Source: an uncultured Azospirillaceae bacterium
GTDB taxonomy: Bacteria > Pseudomonadota > Alphaproteobacteria > Rickettsiales > UBA3002
NCBI GenBank assembly: GCA_964342335.1
Contig: CAYFFN010000001.1
Location: forward strand, 1 to 54,896
DNA length: 54,896 nucleotides
Direction: 5' to 3'
Under the pieces are notes generated by a model that was not told where the DNA came from, did not search any database, and was given only the letters and a program-made list of their open reading frames with translations. The translations under genes were made by a program, and so were the position numbers. Shown here piece by piece: positions 47,697-54,896 of the stretch; positions within the stretch are counted from its first letter, which is position 1, and each line of letters opens with the position of its first letter.

Positions 47697-49874
47697 ATGT
47701 TGCATCTGCAAAGTGAATATTCCGAGGCGATAGACGCCCACTTCCCGCACCCTGAGGCGCGCTTCATCAACCGCGAGCTTTCATGGGTACAGTTTAACCA
47801 GCGCGTGCTGGAAGAGGCAGAGAATCCCAATAACCCCATTCTAGAACGCATCAAGTTTCTCTCCATCTCTGCGAGCAATTTGGACGAGTTCTACATGGTA
47901 CGTGTAGCGGGCCTAAAGGATCAAGATAATCACGGCCTCGATAATCTGAGTATGGATGGCCTTACGCCCGTACAGCAGCTCGAATTGATTTCTCTGGATG
48001 CGAGCACTCTCATGCATAAACAGCAAGAGTGTTGGTTGCAGCTGCGCGATGCTCTGCATAAAGAAGCCATTGAAGTGATTGGGCCAGATGCGCTCACAGC
48101 GGCAGAAACCAAATGGCTCGCCAAACATTTCCGTGAAGAAATCTTCCCTGTGCTCACACCGATCGCTATCGATCCCGCGCACCCATTCCCCTTTGTCGCG
48201 AATTTAGGAATGGCGCTACTCTTTGATTTGCACCGACCCGAAAGCAAACGCCCAATGACCGCTATGGTCGGAATGCCAAGTAAGTTACCTCGTTTCATAA
48301 AGCTGAAGCGCGCGAAGAAATACCGCTTCATCTTGCTGGAAGATGTCATCAAACTGCATCTCTCTATGCTGTTCCACGGCTTTGAATGCACCCATAGCGG
48401 CATGTTCCGCATCATCCGTGATAGCGACCTAGACGTCGATGACGAGGCCGAAGATTTGGTGCGTCAATTCGAAAAGGCCGTCAAAGAACGTCGCCGCGGC
48501 CAAGTGGTGCGCCTTAAAATCACTTCGGACACGCCCGAGCATATGCAGCAATTCTTGCTCGAAAAACTCCCCGCCGCCGCGGAAGACGTGGTGCGTGTAG
48601 AAGGCATGCTCGGCCTCTCGCAACTCGCCGAACTCACCAAGGTCAAACGCCCCGAGCTTAAATATACGCCTTTTGAAGTGCGCTTCCCTGAGCGGATTCG
48701 TGATTTTGGTGGCGATTGCTTCGCGGCCATTGAGGCCAAAGACATTGTCGTGCATCACCCCTATGAAAGCTTCGATGTAGTGGTGCAATTCCTGCGCCAA
48801 GCGGCAGACGATCCCGATGTGGTCTCCATCAAGCAAACGCTTTACCGCACCAGCAACAACTCCCCTATTGTGAAAGCGCTGATTCGCGCGGCAGAGAACG
48901 GCAAGTCCGTCACCGCGCTTGTGGAGCTCAAAGCCCGCTTTGATGAGGAGGCGAATATGCGCTGGGCACGCGATATGGAGCGCGCAGGTGTGCAGGTGGT
49001 GTTCGGCTTCGTGAAGCTCAAAACCCACGCCAAAATTTCTTATGTCACCCGACGCGTAGAGGGCGACTTAAAAACCTACGCCCATTTCGGCACCGGTAAC
49101 TACCACCCGATTACCGCAAAGGTTTATACCGACCTTTCCTACTTCACCAGCGACCCCGTGCTCTGCGAGGATGTCGCCTATCTCTTTAACTTCATCACTG
49201 GCTATGCACGCCCTGAAAAATTCAATGTGATTGCCGCCGCCCCGCATTATCTGCGCGATAGCATTCTAGAACTGATCGATAAAGAAATAGCCTTCGCCAA
49301 AGAGGGCAAGCCTGCAAGCATATGGGCCAAGATGAATGCGCTTATCGATGAAGATATTATCGATGCCCTCTATGCTGCCAGCCAAGCGGGCGTGAAAATT
49401 GACCTCGTCGTGCGCGGTATCTGCGGCTTACGACCAGGTGTGCCGGGTTTCTCCGATAATATCCGCGTGAAATCGATTGTCGGGCGTTTCTTGGAACATG
49501 CGCGCATCTATTGCTTTGGCAATGGCGAGGCGCTACCCTCCAAGAATGCGAAAGTCTATATCGCCTCGGCCGATTGGATGGTCCGCAACTTTGACCATCG
49601 CGTCGAGATTATGGTGCCTATCAGCAATGAGACGGTCCATGCCCAAGTGCTAGATCAGATTATGCTCGCCAACATTCGCGATGAACGCAATAGCTGGATT
49701 TTACAGCCTGATGGCAGCTATGAGCGTGTCTCCATGGACCCGGCCGCGTTTAGCGCGCATGATTACTTCATGAATAACCCGAGCCTCTCAGGCCGTGGGC
49801 GTGCGCTGCGCAAGGGCAAACGCATCAAAGGCAAAGGCAACACCAAGTTCCCCAGCCTTGTCAAACCCAGCTAG
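47697..49874 (+). CDS. ppk: Polyphosphate kinase 1
   Basis: 725 aa. FINRELSWVQFNQRVLEEA, the KTHAK region (LKTHAKISYV) and a C-terminal PLD-like domain. Confidence 0.95.
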   Translation: MLHLQSEYSEAIDAHFPHPEARFINRELSWVQFNQRVLEEAENPNNPILERIKFLSISASNLDEFYMVRVAGLKDQDNHGLDNLSMDGLTPVQQLELISLDASTLMHKQQECWLQLRDALHKEAIEVIGPDALTAAETKWLAKHFREEIFPVLTPIAIDPAHPFPFVANLGMALLFDLHRPESKRPMTAMVGMPSKLPRFIKLKRAKKYRFILLEDVIKLHLSMLFHGFECTHSGMFRIIRDSDLDVDDEAEDLVRQFEKAVKERRRGQVVRLKITSDTPEHMQQFLLEKLPAAAEDVVRVEGMLGLSQLAELTKVKRPELKYTPFEVRFPERIRDFGGDCFAAIEAKDIVVHHPYESFDVVVQFLRQAADDPDVVSIKQTLYRTSNNSPIVKALIRAAENGKSVTALVELKARFDEEANMRWARDMERAGVQVVFGFVKLKTHAKISYVTRRVEGDLKTYAHFGTGNYHPITAKVYTDLSYFTSDPVLCEDVAYLFNFITGYARPEKFNVIAAAPHYLRDSILELIDKEIAFAKEGKPASIWAKMNALIDEDIIDALYAASQAGVKIDLVVRGICGLRPGVPGFSDNIRVKSIVGRFLEHARIYCFGNGEALPSKNAKVYIASADWMVRNFDHRVEIMVPISNETVHAQVLDQIMLANIRDERNSWILQPDGSYERVSMDPAAFSAHDYFMNNPSLSGRGRALRKGKRIKGKGNTKFPSLVKPS

Positions 49875-49923
49875 AGTAGAGATTACGCTTGCCGCTAACC
49901 CCTTTTCCAAGTAGCACCAGAGC

Positions 49924-51354
49924 ATGAAGGCCGAGCAGAACCAAAAGGTCGGTATCATCGATATCGGATCCAACTCGGTGCGTATGGTCGTATATCATGC
50001 GCCCAACCGCGTGCCTTTGCCCCTCTATAACGAGAAACATTTTTGCGGCCTTGGCGCCTCCATCGCCAAAAACGGCAGGCTGGATAAATCTGGTAAGGAC
50101 GAGGCGCGCGATGCGCTGCTTCGCTTTAAAGAGATGGCGCATCGCCTCTCCATCACTTCACTCGATATCCTCGCCACCGCGGCGCTGCGTGATGCAGAAG
50201 ATGCAGATGCATTTCGTGAAGAATTAGAAACCCTCATGGAGCTGCCCATCCATGTCATTAGCGGCAAAGAAGAAGCCCGCCTCGCAGCGTTGGGCGTCGT
50301 CGCCTCTTTCGCCAGCCCGCATGGCATTGTTGCGGATTTAGGCGGTGGCAGCATGGAAGTCGGTATTTTGGATAATGGCCAGCTTCGCGATTTGTCTTCC
50401 GCCCCCATCGGGGTGTTACGCGAAAAGCAGCATAAAAAGCTCAAAGAACATTTGGAGCGCCTGCCCGCACCTTCTACCGCTTTCAGCACACTTTATGCAG
50501 TCGGTGGTAGTTTCCGAGCGATTGCCAAAATGCATATGAAGCTGAACCTCTACCCCTTGGATTTGCTCCATGGCTATGTGATGAAGCGCAAACAGGTGAA
50601 AAAAATCGCCGAGATGCTCAGCAAGATGACCCCGCACAAGATTACCAAACTCCCCGGCATCCCCAAACGCCGCGCCACATGCATGGCGTATGCAAGCCAT
50701 CTCCTCCTCGCGCTGATGGACCGTTACGGCAGTGACCGCGTCATCTTTAGTGTGAGTGGTATTCGCGAAGGCTTTCTCTATGATTCACTGCCGAACGCAC
50801 AAAAAGCGGAAGACCCCCTCCTCAGCTCTGCGCATGACTTAGCACTCTTCTGCCAACGCCATGGCCATTATGCGGCGGAACTATTCGAATGGGGCAAACC
50901 GCTCTTTGGCGCTATGCCAGAACGGTCCGAGCGCCTGCGCCATGCCTGCTGTATCCTGAGTGAGATTGCGTGGCAAATTGACCCGAACTTCCGCGGGGAG
51001 TGGTTGTATAACCGCTTCGTGCAATCCTCTCTCAAAGGCATGGACCATGTCGAACGGGTAATGATTTCTCTCGCCCTTTACCATCGCCATGAGAGTAAAT
51101 GGAAAGAAGACCTCAAATTGTTAAATGAGGAGCAAATGCTTTGGTCAAAAGCAGTGGGTTTGAGCCTGCGCGTTGCTTCGGAACTCACCGGCGGCATCAG
51201 CGGTTACCTGCCTAAAACCAAGCTTTATTGGCTGAAAAATCACTTAACGTTGGAATTGGACGAGTCCAGCCAGCCTTTGCTACACGCCAAGCTGCAGAAA
51301 TATTTGGATGGGTTGGGCGACACGCTCAACGCACTCTCCAAACGCTCCATATAA
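49924..51354 (+). CDS. ppx: Exopolyphosphatase (Ppx/GppA family)
   Basis: IDIGSNSVRMVV, ADLGGGSMEV, and a C-terminal HD-like region. Directly follows ppk. Confidence 0.9.
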   Translation: MKAEQNQKVGIIDIGSNSVRMVVYHAPNRVPLPLYNEKHFCGLGASIAKNGRLDKSGKDEARDALLRFKEMAHRLSITSLDILATAALRDAEDADAFREELETLMELPIHVISGKEEARLAALGVVASFASPHGIVADLGGGSMEVGILDNGQLRDLSSAPIGVLREKQHKKLKEHLERLPAPSTAFSTLYAVGGSFRAIAKMHMKLNLYPLDLLHGYVMKRKQVKKIAEMLSKMTPHKITKLPGIPKRRATCMAYASHLLLALMDRYGSDRVIFSVSGIREGFLYDSLPNAQKAEDPLLSSAHDLALFCQRHGHYAAELFEWGKPLFGAMPERSERLRHACCILSEIAWQIDPNFRGEWLYNRFVQSSLKGMDHVERVMISLALYHRHESKWKEDLKLLNEEQMLWSKAVGLSLRVASELTGGISGYLPKTKLYWLKNHLTLELDESSQPLLHAKLQKYLDGLGDTLNALSKRSI

Positions 51355-51896
51355 TCCTCATGGGGGACCTCCTCCACCCCAAACTGCTTGAGATGGTCGT
51401 TTACATATTGCGTATCCAAAAGCGTATAGCCTGCTTCTTTCAGCAGCTCCGCCAGCGATACCAGCGCGACTTTGCTCGCCCCCTCCGTGCGGCTGAACAT
51501 ACTCTCCCCAAAAAACGCACCACCAATGGACACGCCGTAAAGCCCGCCCACAAGCGCGTCCTCTTGCCAAATCTCCACGCTATGGGCATCACCCATTTTG
51601 TGAAGTGAGCAATAGAGTTGCACAATGCGCTCATTGATCCACGTCTCGGTGCGCGAGGCATTTAGCTCGGCACAGGCGCGCATCACTGCCTCGAAGTCTT
51701 TATCAATCGTGATGGTGAAATCATGCGTTTTGAGCAATTTGCGCATGCCGTGAGGCACGTTAAAACCCTCAACGGGCAACACACCGCGTATCTCGGGCTG
51801 AAACCAATAAAGCTCAGGCGTGTCATGGCTTTCGGCCATAGGAAAATAGCCAGCCGCATAAATATCGAGCAATTCTTCTGGCGCGACTTCTTCCAT
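51240..51896 (-). CDS. aat: Leucyl/phenylalanyl-tRNA--protein transferase
   Basis: YAAGYFPMAE, GGLYGVSIGGAFFGESMFS, LLDTQYVNDHLKQFG. The ATG at 51896 shares one base with the aroQ TGA. The 3' end overlaps ppx by 115 nt. Confidence 0.85.
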   Translation of the reverse strand: MEEVAPEELLDIYAAGYFPMAESHDTPELYWFQPEIRGVLPVEGFNVPHGMRKLLKTHDFTITIDKDFEAVMRACAELNASRTETWINERIVQLYCSLHKMGDAHSVEIWQEDALVGGLYGVSIGGAFFGESMFSRTEGASKVALVSLAELLKEAGYTLLDTQYVNDHLKQFGVEEVPHEDYMERLESALSVSPNPSKYFCSLACSKGWLDSSNSNVK

Positions 51897-52327
51897 CAGA
51901 GCAGGGGCGCTATTGCATCCAGCGCGAGCAAGTAGCCATCCGTCCCTTTGCCTGCAATCACCTGCTTCGCACAAGGCGTCACATAGGAATGATGGCGGAA
52001 GCTCTCGCGCGCCTTCGGGTCGGAAATATGCACTTCGATAATTGGAATAGAAAGATTCTTCAGCGCATCATGGATAGCCACGCTGGTGTGGGTATAAGCC
52101 GCCGCATTGAGAATCAGCCCTGCCGCCTCTTTGCGCGCCTCTTGAATCCATTCTACGAGCTGGCCTTCATGATTGCTTTGTCGGCACTCGACCGCTATAG
52201 CTAGGCTGCTTGCATGCTGAACACAGCGCGCATCGAGATCGGCCAGCGTTTCCATGCCATAGATCTCGGGCTCGCGTTCACCCAGCAAGTTAAGATTCGG
52301 GCCGTTGAGTATCCATACTTTTTTCAT
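51896..52327 (-). CDS. aroQ: Type II 3-dehydroquinate dehydratase
   Basis: [54 protein letters not shown]. Confidence 0.9.
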   Translation of the reverse strand: MKKVWILNGPNLNLLGEREPEIYGMETLADLDARCVQHASSLAIAVECRQSNHEGQLVEWIQEARKEAAGLILNAAAYTHTSVAIHDALKNLSIPIIEVHISDPKARESFRHHSYVTPCAKQVIAGKGTDGYLLALDAIAPLL

Positions 52328-52371
52328 AAGATGGGTATAGCACGGCAAACAGACACTGTCACGAGGGTGAT

Positions 52372-52572
52372 ATGCAGATACTGCTCAATGGCGAGCCTAA
52401 AGAGATTCCGAACGGCATGAATGTGGCGGGTTTGCTGCAGCATTTGGCGCTGGATGATACCAAAATCGCGATTGAGCAAAACCGCGCCATCGTTCCCAAA
52501 TCCACCTATGGCGAAGCCCCCCTTCACGACAAAGATGAAATCGAAATCGTCGGCTTTATAGGCGGTGGTTGA
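52372..52572 (+). CDS. thiS: Thiamine biosynthesis sulfur-carrier protein ThiS
   Basis: 66 aa, a ubiquitin-like size ending in GG (EIVGFIGGG), directly upstream of thiG. GAGGG SD. Confidence 0.85.
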   Translation: MQILLNGEPKEIPNGMNVAGLLQHLALDDTKIAIEQNRAIVPKSTYGEAPLHDKDEIEIVGFIGGG

Positions 52573-52577
52573 AGTAT

Positions 52578-52675
52578 TTAATTCGCTCCTGCTCCGGCCT
52601 ACTGGCCTACGCAATGAGCCTAACGTGCTTCGCACGACTAAAGGGCGAGTCTCCTGACTCGCTTCTTGTACCTTG
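52578..52675 (+). repeat. Structured intergenic element, copy B (between thiS and thiG)
   Basis: The 41-nt block 52585-52625 is identical to copy A. Hairpins CGTGC-ttc-GCACG (52624-52636) and GCGAGTC-tcct-GACTCGC (52645-52662) preserve the copy A stems through paired substitutions. Confidence 0.6.
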
Positions 52676-52683
52676 AGAGGATC

Positions 52684-53457
52684 ATGATGGACAACTTTAA
52701 AATTGGTAACCGTAGCTTCACCTCACGCCTACTCGTAGGTACAGGGAAATACAAAGACCTCACCGAAACCAAAGCGGCAATTGAAGCGAGTGGCGCTGAG
52801 ATTATCACTGTGGCACTGCGCCGCATTGACCTCTCCGCCAAAGAAACCGTTTACGATGTGCTGCCGCCTAGCGAATATACCTATCTACCCAACACCGCAG
52901 GCTGCTACAGCGCGGATGAGGCCGTGCGCACCCTACGCCTCGCGCGTGAGGCAGGCGGCGATACGCTGGTAAAGCTGGAAGTGATTGGCGATAAGCAAAG
53001 CCTCTACCCCGATGTGCGCGAGACCTTGAAAGCAGCTGAGATATTGGTCGCGGAAGGATTCGAGGTCATGGCATACACCAATGACGACCCCATCATCGCC
53101 CGTGAATTAGAGCAGCTAGGCTGCGTCGCCGTGATGCCCCTTGCTGCGCCCATTGGCTCCGGCCTAGGCATCCAAAACCCGCTCAATATCCGTATGATTG
53201 TGGAGCAAGCCAATGTGCCCATTCTCGTCGATGCAGGCGTAGGCACGGCATCGGATGCAGCGATTGCGATGGAGCTAGGCTGCGATGGCGTGCTGATGAA
53301 CACCGCCATTGCCGAAGCACGCGACCCCATCCGCATGGCGCGAGCAATGAAGCTAGCGGTAGAAGCGGGAAGAGAGGCCTATCTAGCAGGCCGTATGCCC
53401 AAGCGTGAATTGGCAAGTGCGAGTAGCCCTAGCACAGGGTTGATTAAACAAGCTTAG
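52684..53457 (+). CDS. thiG: Thiazole synthase ThiG
   Basis: [45 protein letters not shown]. The start is ATG 52684 or 52687, after a GAGAGG SD. The track's TTG at 52666 lies inside the repeat element. Confidence 0.9.
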   Translation: MMDNFKIGNRSFTSRLLVGTGKYKDLTETKAAIEASGAEIITVALRRIDLSAKETVYDVLPPSEYTYLPNTAGCYSADEAVRTLRLAREAGGDTLVKLEVIGDKQSLYPDVRETLKAAEILVAEGFEVMAYTNDDPIIARELEQLGCVAVMPLAAPIGSGLGIQNPLNIRMIVEQANVPILVDAGVGTASDAAIAMELGCDGVLMNTAIAEARDPIRMARAMKLAVEAGREAYLAGRMPKRELASASSPSTGLIKQA

Positions 53458-54242
53458 AGCATATTCCTGAAGACAATCGCGCAATCTTCGTCTGTATTTG
53501 TCAGATTATAGACTGCATTCAAATCATCTGAATCTGCGAGCGCAATCGTCTTATCTGTACAATTGCCGCGCACCCTCGGGACTACACTCCCCACAGCCGG
53601 CATTCCATCATCCATTTTTTTATCGATACTCCACATCTCTTCGGGCGTAAGAAAATCGTCTTGCGTCATACTCGCTGTTGTTTCTGCACCGACAATCAGA
53701 GAAACCTCGTATATACCATCAAATATAGAAGTGCTGTCTTCTACCTTTCCCCAATCATGCACAGACCAGCCTATAGTGTTGCCTGCTTTTGAACTAGGCA
53801 CGTTTTCTTGCAATTTGGAATCATTCCCCCCGCCTGAACCAGCCAGTCCCGTATAACTTCCTTCCATAAGGCCCGCGAGTGCTAAATGTCTCCATAAGGC
53901 AAACTTTTCGCCCGATTCGCTGGCTGCAGCCGCATTGCCGATATCACCATCCCCATCCCCATCACATGTGCCCGCAGCATCCACCGACGCGCCGCTATTG
54001 GTCACGCAATCGGCATTGTTGTTCATACGCCCCCAGTAACGGGTAGCTCGGTCAAGGTCGCCGGGTAGCTTACCATATTCATCTCGAAAGGTTTGCGTCG
54101 CTACGACAATCGCCTGCAACTCTGTGGGGATGGCTTTGAGTTGAGAAGCGTGAATCATCGAACTACCCGCCATAATACCCCCTGCGACTAACCCAATAAT
54201 CACTAACACCAATGCTAATTCGACTAAACTAAACCCTCGCAT
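53454..54242 (-). CDS. Prepilin-type N-terminal cleavage/methylation domain protein (type IV pilin / pseudopilin-like), 262 aa
   Basis: MRG|[19 protein letters not shown] is a class III signal with Gly at -1 and Glu at +5. A GspG-like helix continuation follows ([21 protein letters not shown]), and there are four Cys in the globular part. GC is low (43 of 100 nt at 53701-53800). Confidence 0.75.
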   Translation of the reverse strand: MRGFSLVELALVLVIIGLVAGGIMAGSSMIHASQLKAIPTELQAIVVATQTFRDEYGKLPGDLDRATRYWGRMNNNADCVTNSGASVDAAGTCDGDGDGDIGNAAAASESGEKFALWRHLALAGLMEGSYTGLAGSGGGNDSKLQENVPSSKAGNTIGWSVHDWGKVEDSTSIFDGIYEVSLIVGAETTASMTQDDFLTPEEMWSIDKKMDDGMPAVGSVVPRVRGNCTDKTIALADSDDLNAVYNLTNTDEDCAIVFRNML

Positions 54243-54300
54243 GATTACATACTACTCCGAAAAGCTTAATAAGCTATTAAATATGGCATTTTAGCTGTTT

Positions 54301-54896
54301 TTAGGTGTCATCGCTTGGTGGCGGTGGCGCTTCTGCTGCTTTCTTCTTTTTACGTGGGTCATACGGCTCTTGCTCGGGCACGTCAATCGGCGGCATGAGG
54401 CGTTTAGTGAAGGTTGAATCCTTATAGTAAAAAATCTTTTTACATTTAATCGGCGAGAAGGATTCCACGAGAATAATCTGCTCATCACGCGGCAGCTGAA
54501 TCACCTCTTGCGGCAGCAGCAATGCGCGCTGCGTTTCCGATACGTGCATGGTGCGTGACGCGGGGTTGAAGTCGAGGAATTTCGGCTTGTTGTGCGATGC
54601 TTGATCCACCGTTTTATTCCCCACCAGCTGGCTGATCATATTCGCCGTTTCAATGTTGTTCGCCGAGAAGGTCACACGGTAATAAGAGTTGGAGAGGAAG
54701 CTGTTCATCCCCGCCTCTTCGTAAATGCCCTTGAGCTGCTGCGTATCCTGTACAATGAGGAAGAGCTTCACACGGTATCCACGGAAATAGGCGATACCCA
54801 CTTGGAATTGCGGCATCTCGCCTAGGGATGGGAACTCATCCATCATGAAGATCACGCCATGTGGCTCGTCTGGCCCGGGCATACGGCGGGTGAGGA
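54301..54896 (-). CDS. virD4: Type IV secretion coupling protein VirD4/TraG, C-terminal part (gene continues beyond window end)
   Basis: The frame stays open to the window edge. The MMDEFPSLGEMPQFQVGIAYFRGYRVKLFLIVQDTQQLKGIYEEAGMNSFLSN block is the conserved TraG/VirD4 Walker B-distal region. C-terminal tail PRKKKKAAEAPPPP. Confidence 0.8.
   Translation of the reverse strand, partial: LTRRMPGPDEPHGVIFMMDEFPSLGEMPQFQVGIAYFRGYRVKLFLIVQDTQQLKGIYEEAGMNSFLSNSYYRVTFSANNIETANMISQLVGNKTVDQASHNKPKFLDFNPASRTMHVSETQRALLLPQEVIQLPRDEQIILVESFSPIKCKKIFYYKDSTFTKRLMPPIDVPEQEPYDPRKKKKAAEAPPPPSDDT

Noticed and set aside
52328-52371. A TPP riboswitch upstream of thiS.
   Set aside because: Only 44 nt separate the aroQ ATG from the thiS ATG, too short for a THI-box. 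I see no CUGAGA or ACCUGAUCUGGAUAAUGCCAGCG-like motifs here or in the thiS-thiG spacer.
25898-52675. The two ~95-nt direct repeats as att-like boundaries of a 26.7-kb integrated element.
   Set aside because: The interval is filled with core housekeeping genes (kdsB, yejABEF, ndk, purMN, hda, ppk, ppx, aroQ, thiS). There is no integrase, and the repeats differ by compensatory stem changes rather than being exact duplications.
53454-54242. The DGDGDGD run in the pilin-like protein as an RTX or calcium-binding repeat domain.
   Set aside because: It is a single short run, not the tandem GGxGxDxUx nonapeptides of RTX proteins. That is insufficient evidence for a defined Ca-binding motif.
1-54896. 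A search for tRNA, rRNA, CRISPR repeats, IS elements/transposases, integrases and toxin-antitoxin pairs.
   Set aside because: All non-coding gaps are at most 211 nt, and none shows a tRNA cloverleaf/T-loop motif, regularly spaced repeats or inverted terminal repeats. No ORF has a DDE/HUH transposase or a tyrosine/serine recombinase signature that I can recognise.

Overview
The window is 54.9 kb of very tightly packed bacterial chromosome. About 52 CDS cover most of the sequence. Gene content and synteny look alphaproteobacterial: petABC (bc1 complex), membrane-anchored cytochrome c, hdaA, giant NAD-GDH, a paired M16 peptidase, yejABEF and a VirD4 coupling protein. All calls come from reading the ORF translations for family motifs; no database search was run.

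Most of the window is ordinary housekeeping:
- Purine synthesis: purH, purM, purN
- Envelope and lipid II: murJ, uppP, lspA, kdsB, ampG
- Repair and replication control: mutL, hda
- Central metabolism and cofactors: pgi, ndk, ribF, hemF, thiSG, aroQ
- Secretion and respiration: secF, petABC
- Polyphosphate: ppk-ppx

I found no rRNA, tRNA, CRISPR array, transposase or integrase, and no obvious multi-gene defence island.

The parts that deserve a second look, in order:
1. A two-copy ~95-nt intergenic element (25.9 kb and 52.6 kb). It has an invariant 41-nt 5' block and two 3' hairpins whose stems differ only by compensatory changes. It is a candidate small-RNA or structured regulatory family, and one copy sits between thiS and thiG.
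2. An atypical response regulator. It has Glu at the phospho-acceptor position and a His-less HPt-like C-terminal half, and it is convergent with a SixA-like phosphohistidine phosphatase.
3. A low-GC 518-aa orphan gene with its own AT-rich upstream region.
4. A low-GC prepilin-type gene directly downstream of a virD4 fragment at the window edge.

Gene packing is extreme. There are many start/stop overlaps, several convergent CDS overlaps (one of 115 nt), and only one canonical intrinsic terminator.
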